From the NCBI GenBank assembly GCA_963616935.1, contig CAVEMS010000005.1, forward strand, positions 50,110 to 114,109: a DNA stretch of 64,000 nucleotides, written 5' to 3'. The DNA is from a bacterium. Lineage in GTDB: Bacteria; Bacillota_I; Bacilli_A; RFN20; CAG-826. This document shows positions 56,981-64,000 of the stretch, one piece after another. How positions within the stretch are numbered: the first letter of the stretch is position 1; every line of letters begins with the position of its first letter. The notes under the pieces are model-generated. The model was given only the letters and a program-made list of their open reading frames with translations, had not been told where the DNA came from and made no database searches. The translations under genes and the position numbers were made by a program.

Positions 56981-58737
56981 AGGCTTTCCTCGAAAGCGAT
57001 GCTTTCAATATACACGTGACCGACGAAATTGCTGAAGACGTCGCAAGTCGAGAAATTCATCTCGAGCCCGCTTTGTGAGAAATCCATGTCTTGGAGGCCA
57101 GAGAAAGTGTGCGAATAGGTGTTTCCGGTTCCTTGCTTTCCAGTCTGAATCCAAGCGGTGCCCAAACGGCCTCTTTCCGATTCGTCTATATCGATGTATT
57201 TATAGGCGTAAATATCGTATGAGCACATATATTCATAGCCGGAGTAAACATATCCTTCGAAAGAGGTTGTGAAGGTGATCGTCACCTTATCCATACCCTT
57301 CTCCTTCTCAGCTTGCATCTTCTCTTTTCTTATATAAGCGAGGAAAGAATTATTCGTCGCCGATCCTAAGTAATCAAGACGATAGCCTTTCCCTTCTACG
57401 TAAGATATATTCGAGTCCCCTTCCACCAAATATGAGGATGGATCGTCTTCGTTATAACGGGTGAGGAGGTTGAAGCGCATCGGGAAGGAATAGAAGGCTT
57501 CTTCGCTTGTTTCGTCGTCTCCTTTTTGATGTTTGATTTTGAATGACACTCCATTAGTGAGAACGCCACTCGCCGCTTCCCCTTCTTCGTCCGTCAAAGT
57601 CATTTTGAAGGTAGCTAAGCGCTCAAAATCGAAATTATCCCCGCAAATCGCCTTCGCTTTCTCTGTTTTGCTACCTAATTCGAAAGAGAACATCCTCTCT
57701 TCATTCTCATATGATCCAAGTTGCAAGACAATCGATCTAGCGCCCTTGGAGATAAGGTAAGAGGCGTCGGCGGCCGATATTTTGCCGACGATGCTATCTT
57801 CGCTTTCCTCACTATGAACAAGATGATCGTAATGGGAATCCTCGATGCACGGAATCGCCTTATCGCCTTTGCTAAAGGAGAAGAAATTGGCCGACAAATA
57901 TGATTTATGGCAAGAGGAGCAAACACCCGAATCGTCAAAGGAATGGGCTTTCTTGCCTTCCGATCCGCCCTCAATCTTCGTTAATCCACACTCCAAACAG
58001 GCGCGCTCGTTATAGGAAGGATGCTCGCAAGTGGCATCGAATTGCTTTATGGTCACGAAATTATGGCTTAGCTTAGCGACGATGTTATCCATATAGGTTT
58101 CGTTGCATCTAGAGCAAACATGGCTCGTGTAGCCATCCTTCACGCAAGTCGGTGCGACGACCTTATCCGATCCGGCTACTGGCTCATGTCCAAGCGGCTC
58201 GCTATAGGAGACGACATAATCCTTATCACACGTCGTGCAGTGTTTTGTTGTCTTCCCGTAATGCGTGCATGTGGCAGCCAAGACGACCGTTTTGCTTTCA
58301 TCGAAGGAATGCTCACCGGCTGGAACGTATTCTTTATAGGAAGAGGAGCAACGGGAGCAATCGAATTCCGTGTATCCGACGTGATCGCAAGTGGCCGTAA
58401 CCGTGGTGCCATTTTTATAATCATGCCCTAGCGCAGCGACGTAAGATCCTTTGGTCACGTTATCGCAACGGGAGCAACGATAGACTGAATAGCCTCTTTC
58501 TTCGCAAGTCGCGTCGACCACTCTTGTGAGTTTGTCGTCATGAGCTTCGGTGGCGGCGACTTTCGTCCCGCATTCCAAGCACGTGCGGTCTTCGCAAGGA
58601 TAGGTGTTTTTCCCAAAGACATGGACATGCGAAGCGCTTGAAGCGCTATCCGGCGCCTTCGTGTTGCATCCCATGAGGATGAGCCCGCTACCAAGCAAGA
58701 CGATGGTCATTTTGCATAGCTTTTTGAAAGTCTTCAT
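56977..58737 (-). CDS. Lipoprotein with five tandem Cys3-His repeats, function unknown
   Basis: Lipobox LILMGC. Residues about 38-280 carry 5 repeats of ATC-x9-C-x2-C-x13-16-H-x-F/Y, plus degenerate flanking copies. The C-terminal roughly 300 aa is beta-rich. Confidence 0.6.
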   Translation of the reverse strand: MKTFKKLCKMTIVLLGSGLILMGCNTKAPDSASSASHVHVFGKNTYPCEDRTCLECGTKVAATEAHDDKLTRVVDATCEERGYSVYRCSRCDNVTKGSYVAALGHDYKNGTTVTATCDHVGYTEFDCSRCSSSYKEYVPAGEHSFDESKTVVLAATCTHYGKTTKHCTTCDKDYVVSYSEPLGHEPVAGSDKVVAPTCVKDGYTSHVCSRCNETYMDNIVAKLSHNFVTIKQFDATCEHPSYNERACLECGLTKIEGGSEGKKAHSFDDSGVCSSCHKSYLSANFFSFSKGDKAIPCIEDSHYDHLVHSEESEDSIVGKISAADASYLISKGARSIVLQLGSYENEERMFSFELGSKTEKAKAICGDNFDFERLATFKMTLTDEEGEAASGVLTNGVSFKIKHQKGDDETSEEAFYSFPMRFNLLTRYNEDDPSSYLVEGDSNISYVEGKGYRLDYLGSATNNSFLAYIRKEKMQAEKEKGMDKVTITFTTSFEGYVYSGYEYMCSYDIYAYKYIDIDESERGRLGTAWIQTGKQGTGNTYSHTFSGLQDMDFSQSGLEMNFSTCDVFSNFVGHVYIESIAFEESL

Positions 58738-60608
58738 GCTTCCTCCTTTTCGCCGCCATTCACGAAGCGGCCGTTTTTATAGATCGGATGGATTTTGTAT
58801 TCATCGCTTTCGACGAAATCGACGTAACGTTCGATGGTGAAGGTTTCGCGAGCCCTCGTCTCACCTGATATTTTAGCCATATGGATGAATTCTTCTTTGA
58901 TTTCTTTTTTCTTATCCTCGCCGCCATTTGGATAATAGGCGTCGAAATTAAGATACAAAGTGTTTAACGGAGTGGTCATAACACCGGACAGCCTCTTAAC
59001 GAATTTAGCCTTGCTCGCTTCGTCCAAATTCGAAGAAATAATGGCATTTCGCCCTTCTTTTAGGATATCTAACCCATTCAAAACGAGATCCTTTGGCAAA
59101 ACGGCTGGATAATTCTCATTGCCCCAAGTGCCCAAACGAATGTCTTCCCCCTTATCGAATAGATAGACGAATCTATCGTGGAGCAAGGAAATGAACGAAG
59201 ACACATAGTTGGCAGCTGGGCCGTAATAGGCGGAGAAATATTCCTTAAGCAATTCCTTCTCGTCGAGTTCCATATCCCACATCAAGCGGTCATAGACATA
59301 GCTTCTGGCATCCGCTTGCCAATTCCTTTCGGCATCATGCGTGCCTTGCATCAAAAGGTATTCGATCCCATAGTCATGGAATCCGCGGACATTCTCTTTG
59401 ATGGTATGGAAGGTATCGTAATAAGCGTAATAATTCGCATAATCGATGTCATATCCCCAAAACCAGAAACGTTTGGCGATGACTCTCCACTCCCGCATGC
59501 ACTTCGATACTTCTGGAAGTTGCTTTGGCGAGAAATAGGAATAGAAGGAATTCGAGAATAAAGCGAGTTGAATCACCATCCCATCGTCAGCAACGACCGA
59601 TGGATCAAGTGGGACGATTCTCCCATCTTCTTCCTTAACCGGAGCATCTTTCGCATAGGCATAGGCGAAAGTCACCAAATGTATTTCGCGGCCAAGAGCC
59701 GAGAACGCCCATTTACGAAGCTCTCTAACTATGGCGTTGCAGAAACGGATGAGGAGTCCGCTTCGCTTGTATTTCTTCTCAAGGAGGCGGTTATGTTCAT
59801 CGTCGAAATATTCGTCTCCGTCTTCTTGCGTCAAGGAGAAATAAGAGCAATCCGGATGGGAAATGATGTCCTTTTTCATTTCCTCGATGACGATTTTGGC
59901 TACGCTCACGGGAAGAGAATCGTCTAACGATCCATCTTCGTCTTTGATTCCGCTAGTGATATCGATCGTCATCATCTTCTTATCGCCGGAGTTGATCTCT
60001 TGGAAGAATTCCGGATGGTCTTTGCCATAGATTTCGTATGGGCAATAGTAATGGAAGTTGTGTGAGATGTTTCTGGCATACACCGGAGCGAGGCCGCCAT
60101 GTTTCTCGTCTATTTTCGTATAGACGTCGAGAACGCGATTCTTGACCATCTCATCAAGTTTCGGCGAAACGTACCCTTCTTCCCAACGGTCATCGTAGCA
60201 CTTGCCGCATAGATAACTCCTCATCGCAAAAGGAGGGTTCATGACTCTCGCTTTAGGCATCGGTATCGAAGCTAAAGAAGGAATATATTCCTCGTCTTCA
60301 TGATAGAAACGACAACCGACGTCGTCTTGAAGGTAGGTAATTACGCTATATAGGAGGCCGCGTGTGCTCTTGGATAAGAAGATGGCCTTCTCTCCTTCCG
60401 GCAAATAGACGAAGCCGTCTTGCTTGGTGATTTTATTAGCTTCATTTAAATATTGAGGGGCATCCTTCGCCAAAGCCAAGACGAATTCCTTGCCACCCCT
60501 TTCGTAATGCAAGGAAGGCATCGCCTTAGATAGATAGCGTTCCAAAAGCTCCTTCGCATGTTGCAAACAAGAGTCATTCGATGTGATGGAGATAAGCAAG
60601 CGGTCCAT
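58734..60608 (-). CDS. DUF4838-like protein (GH20/GH67-N-related fold family), cytoplasmic
   Basis: 624 aa with no signal peptide. The N-terminal segment GFVYLPEGEKAIFLSKSTRGLLYSVITYLQDDVGCRFY resembles DUF4838 proteins as I remember them. Not verified. Confidence 0.4.
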   Translation of the reverse strand: MDRLLISITSNDSCLQHAKELLERYLSKAMPSLHYERGGKEFVLALAKDAPQYLNEANKITKQDGFVYLPEGEKAIFLSKSTRGLLYSVITYLQDDVGCRFYHEDEEYIPSLASIPMPKARVMNPPFAMRSYLCGKCYDDRWEEGYVSPKLDEMVKNRVLDVYTKIDEKHGGLAPVYARNISHNFHYYCPYEIYGKDHPEFFQEINSGDKKMMTIDITSGIKDEDGSLDDSLPVSVAKIVIEEMKKDIISHPDCSYFSLTQEDGDEYFDDEHNRLLEKKYKRSGLLIRFCNAIVRELRKWAFSALGREIHLVTFAYAYAKDAPVKEEDGRIVPLDPSVVADDGMVIQLALFSNSFYSYFSPKQLPEVSKCMREWRVIAKRFWFWGYDIDYANYYAYYDTFHTIKENVRGFHDYGIEYLLMQGTHDAERNWQADARSYVYDRLMWDMELDEKELLKEYFSAYYGPAANYVSSFISLLHDRFVYLFDKGEDIRLGTWGNENYPAVLPKDLVLNGLDILKEGRNAIISSNLDEASKAKFVKRLSGVMTTPLNTLYLNFDAYYPNGGEDKKKEIKEEFIHMAKISGETRARETFTIERYVDFVESDEYKIHPIYKNGRFVNGGEKEEA

Positions 60609-60620
60609 TTGTGTCCTTTT

Positions 60621-62324
60621 CTATTCGGTGAAGGTGATGCTATGGATATAGGCGGCCGAATCGCGGAATTGCTGCAAATGCGTGAAGTGGATGCCAAACC
60701 ATATGTAATAGGTGCCGACACTATCCCAATTGGCGCCGAATTTGCTAGCCAAATCGAAGCTCGCTTTATATGTCGTTATGGTCTTGTCGCCATTCGTGAA
60801 GCTTCCTTGTTCATAGCTTCCGACCACACCGTTTTCGACTAATGCGTTAAAGCCGGTAGACGTCCATGGCGCGAAGGAGAAAAGGGTATCCGCGATATTG
60901 CTCGTAGATCCGTCAAATGGCTCGGATATCTCAATCGTCACTTTGGAACGTCCTTGCTCACGATAGAAGCTAAGCGCCGAAGCCGATAAGGTCATTCTGA
61001 TGCAAGAAGCCCCTGCCGTTTTCGGCGTCAAAACATATCCCAAATCCTTTTGATAGGAAACATTCGTGATAAACGAGTCCGAATCGCCAATCAAAACGGT
61101 GGCTGGGCGAGGATCAGCAGGCGCGTGTGTCACGGCTTTATCGATAGTGATAAACGCCGAATACACTTCCGTCGTGTCCTTTCCTTCGGTGACGAAGGTG
61201 CTATTGCTTTCGTAGTTGAAATAAAGATAGATGTTCCCATCGCACGCTTCATCCTCGATATCGGAACGCTCGATTTTGATATAGGAACGATAGTCATCGC
61301 TGCCATCGTCTCCAAGGCTATCGGGAGCGAAATAAGCGTTTGTGTACCATTTGACGCGACCCGTTTCGTTTCTCGTCTCCATGCTCATCGTCGTGCGCAT
61401 CGGGTTGCCATTCGCTTGATCGTAGCCGAATGAATAGCCATTTCCGAACGAAAGCTCCAATGTGTCTCCATGCTTTTCGAATAAAGACAAGAGATACGCT
61501 TTACGAATGGCCACTTCGGAGACCTTTTTGCCCGCTACCGCGCTTATCTTCCAGCCTTTTGCGGTCTCGTTATAAGTCACATCGGCCGTTTCATTGGTTT
61601 GATGGATCGCCAAAGTCTCTTCGCTCTTATGGCAATGGACGCACTCGCCATCTTGGAATTCGTGATCATACGCAATCACGTCGACCGCGGTATTCTTCTT
61701 AATGCCTTCGATCTTATAAACGCCTTTGTCGTTTGGAGTGAGAACCGTGTCTTTGATCTTCGCGACAAAACAATGGCTATGGAAATAGGTATGGCGTTTG
61801 TCCACGCTTTCGTTTGCGCTCAAGGAGAAATAGACGTCTTCCCCTTTGACGAAAGACTCTGGGGTTTCCGCTAAAACATTCCCCTCGCTATCGCAATACG
61901 AAAGAGAGATCATGCTTATCCCGGTAAATGAGACGTGGTAAGTGGCTATTACGCCTTCAATCACTATGTTGCTGTTCCTAGCCATCAAGAAAGAATAGGT
62001 TCCATCGCTTGATTTGAGTTGGAAATCATTAAGATAGACCCTGATTGTGTAATTATCCGGCCCAACGACTTTGAATGAGACAACAGTGTCTTCCTCATAT
62101 TCGTTTAGCAATGGATTGCCGTCCATATCGGAAATCGATATCAAAGGATCATCGTTGGTTATGGAAAGAGAATATTTCGCTTTGACGACGCTCGAGGGGG
62201 AAGAATCGCTCGTCGAGGAAGGAGAAGACGATGATACATCGTTATCGACATGGTCGGTAGCGCAAGCGCTTAAGAGCAAAGATGCGGCAAGTAGCAATAC
62301 GGACGACGTTTTCTTTCCTTTCAT
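60621..62324 (-). CDS. Lipoprotein, function unknown (first gene of the glycan operon)
   Basis: Lipobox LLLSACAT followed by a Ser-rich linker. 567 aa, beta-rich. Shares short motifs with the 586-aa lipoprotein. Confidence 0.55.
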   Translation of the reverse strand: MKGKKTSSVLLLAASLLLSACATDHVDNDVSSSSPSSTSDSSPSSVVKAKYSLSITNDDPLISISDMDGNPLLNEYEEDTVVSFKVVGPDNYTIRVYLNDFQLKSSDGTYSFLMARNSNIVIEGVIATYHVSFTGISMISLSYCDSEGNVLAETPESFVKGEDVYFSLSANESVDKRHTYFHSHCFVAKIKDTVLTPNDKGVYKIEGIKKNTAVDVIAYDHEFQDGECVHCHKSEETLAIHQTNETADVTYNETAKGWKISAVAGKKVSEVAIRKAYLLSLFEKHGDTLELSFGNGYSFGYDQANGNPMRTTMSMETRNETGRVKWYTNAYFAPDSLGDDGSDDYRSYIKIERSDIEDEACDGNIYLYFNYESNSTFVTEGKDTTEVYSAFITIDKAVTHAPADPRPATVLIGDSDSFITNVSYQKDLGYVLTPKTAGASCIRMTLSASALSFYREQGRSKVTIEISEPFDGSTSNIADTLFSFAPWTSTGFNALVENGVVGSYEQGSFTNGDKTITTYKASFDLASKFGANWDSVGTYYIWFGIHFTHLQQFRDSAAYIHSITFTE

Positions 62325-62502
62325 ATTTCCCTCTCCCTAGTGAATACGCAAAAAGATTTATCTTTTTTCTGGACGGATTCATTATCTTTCAAAGCGCTTT
62401 CATTGCTTATAGAATGTAGTTCGCTATAAGTGCTAAATAGTCATTTTTCTTTGCAATTATCTTCTTCTTAGTTTGTTTTTATCTCGTATAATATGGCCAT
62501 AG

Positions 62503-63300
62503 ATGAGTCAAACGATTCGCGAATATCAGAACATACCAATCCCTTTCCACACCATGATCAATCTTGATGTCGACGTGGAGAGCCATCGTCATCAATATGT
62601 CGAAATCTTTTTAATGACCAAAGGATCGATAGAGCACTCGATAGGTAACGAAACCGAAAGAGTCGAGATAGGCGATCTTCGCATCATCTTCCCAGGAACC
62701 ATCCACTCCTTCAGATCCTTAGGAAAGGATAGTCTCCACCGCGACTATTTGATAAGACCGGACATATATGAAGAAGCGAAAAACGCCGTCAATAAGTCCT
62801 TCTTCGACAAGATGGAGAAAGTCGGCTATGCCAAGGCCCATCTAGACGCCCAAGAGATCATGTTCCTAGAAGGAAGGATGTCTTTCTTCTTGGCCCTCAC
62901 TGACATCGAAAAGAGAAAATCAATGGAGAAGATCATCACCATGTATCTTCTTTCCTTGCTATACGCCGATGCGCCAATCAAGGTCAAGACGAGCCCATTT
63001 GAGCAAATCACGATCGAGGCGATAGCCGAATACTTCAATAAGCCGGACGCTTACGAAAAGATACGCCAAGCCACCGGTTATAATGAGAAGTACTTCTGCC
63101 AGAAATTCCGTTCCTGCTTCGGCATGAATTTCGTGGCCTATATAACCCGTAAGAGGATGGATTACGCCAATTACCTTTTGAAATCAACTTCGATGACGAT
63201 CGAAGCGATCGCCAACGAAATCGGGATCGAATCGGTCTCCCATTTCCATAAGCTATATACTAAGCAATTCCATACCACGCCCGGAAAAGGTAGAAAATAG
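62503..63300 (+). CDS. AraC-family transcriptional regulator
   Basis: N-terminal cupin-like sensor domain and a C-terminal double HTH (..YFCQKFRSCFGMNFVAYITRKRMDYANYLL..T..IEAIANEIG..S.SHF.K.Y). Divergent from the glycan operon. Confidence 0.85.
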   Translation: MSQTIREYQNIPIPFHTMINLDVDVESHRHQYVEIFLMTKGSIEHSIGNETERVEIGDLRIIFPGTIHSFRSLGKDSLHRDYLIRPDIYEEAKNAVNKSFFDKMEKVGYAKAHLDAQEIMFLEGRMSFFLALTDIEKRKSMEKIITMYLLSLLYADAPIKVKTSPFEQITIEAIAEYFNKPDAYEKIRQATGYNEKYFCQKFRSCFGMNFVAYITRKRMDYANYLLKSTSMTIEAIANEIGIESVSHFHKLYTKQFHTTPGKGRK

Positions 63301-63304
63301 CCGT

Positions 63305-63997
63305 CTATTCCTTCTTCTTTCTATGTATGCCCCGATCATAGAGTTCGGGGTAATTTTCTTTGTTGATGTACTTGTCCAAGAAATGCGTTTCATATAGGAA
63401 GAAAGCCAATAGCAGAAGCGATGAAAAGAGCAAAAAGACCAAGATAACAAGATATTTGACGACCAAATCCGGAATCATCTCGAATAAATAAGGAGCCAAG
63501 AAAAGAGCCAAAGGAACGAGGCTAAAAACAAACGTCTTAAGATACATTCTCGCCCCAAGGCTAAAGGTTTGGCCGATCTTCGTTTTGTATGTTGCAATGA
63601 CCGGGAAAGCAAACAAGAAAGACGGATAAACGATCAATGCGAATAGTCCAAGCGGTATATTCCAAATGAAATCTTCAGGGTGAAGAAGACGGAAAATGTA
63701 GGTTCCCGAGAAAAATAGACCAATTAAAAAGGCGTTTAATGCGGATTGCCAACCATTTTGTTTGATGCCGAGTTTAAGATCCTCGAAGAAGAAAACCGGC
63801 TCCAAGTAACATAAACGTTTGATTATCCTTAATGCTCCACCGACGCCAAAGCCGAATATAAGGGTGGCTACCGGATTCAAAGCCAAAAATATGTAACGAG
63901 GAAAAACAGTATCCTCACTGCCGCTTCTTTCCAAAGCGATGATCCAAGCGTCGCTAAAGAAATGGAGAGCCAAGAAGGGAAGGGCGAAAAGAATCAA
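63305..63997 (-). CDS. Polytopic membrane protein, possibly YesL/DUF624-like (runs off right edge)
   Basis: Open to the end of the window, with about 6 TM helices. The YesL-like guess rests on size, topology and proximity to a sugar ABC locus. Confidence 0.4.
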   Translation of the reverse strand: MILFALPFLALHFFSDAWIIALERSGSEDTVFPRYIFLALNPVATLIFGFGVGGALRIIKRLCYLEPVFFFEDLKLGIKQNGWQSALNAFLIGLFFSGTYIFRLLHPEDFIWNIPLGLFALIVYPSFLFAFPVIATYKTKIGQTFSLGARMYLKTFVFSLVPLALFLAPYLFEMIPDLVVKYLVILVFLLFSSLLLLAFFLYETHFLDKYINKENYPELYDRGIHRKKKE

Positions 63998-64000
63998 GAC

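Overview
The window is mostly minus-strand and reads under the standard genetic code: TGA is used as a stop, and all conserved genes are intact. It looks like a mid-GC anaerobic Firmicutes- or Mollicutes-related bacterium, based on many lipobox lipoproteins and long low-complexity tails on ribosomal proteins. That lineage call is inference only.

Gene content, left to right:
- A truncated cysS, a membrane protein and a HAD hydrolase.
- A trimeric HydABC-type [FeFe] hydrogenase operon (1.9-6.1 kb).
- A LemA/DUF3137-like pair.
- The complete S10-spc-alpha ribosomal superoperon (rpsJ to rplQ, 8.0-23.2 kb). It includes secY, adk, map, infA, rpmJ and rpoA, but has no rpmD.
- A queuosine salvage operon, queT-tgt-queA-queH, behind a preQ1-I riboswitch (23.5-27.0 kb).
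- Assorted membrane and flavoprotein genes, then a glutamine-dependent NAD synthase with an extra N-terminal domain and a RimK-like ligase.
- An AT-rich five-gene cassette at 36.5-39.0 kb: XRE, ImmA/IrrE, a DUF4417-like gene and two orphan ORFs.
- An MscL with an unusually long loop.
- A class III ribonucleotide reductase locus: nrdD with a fused thioredoxin-fold tail, a TrxR-like flavoprotein and nrdG.
- A phased 33-bp repeat array, a DUF2804-like gene, rarA and a membrane GT2 synthase.
- A nine-gene glycan-utilisation operon (49.2-62.3 kb): GH29 fucosidase, ABC importer and several uncharacterised exported proteins, with a divergent AraC regulator.

The best candidate for an undescribed system is the 36.5-39.0 kb cassette. 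Secondary leads:
- the self-contained reductant chain at the nrd locus;
- a non-canonical H-cluster motif in HydA;
- the repeat array, which shares a 14-mer with the cassette promoter;
- a CCCH-repeat lipoprotein family in the glycan locus.

No tRNA, rRNA, CRISPR array, transposase or integrase was recognised. All family assignments are by eye from motifs; no searches were run.
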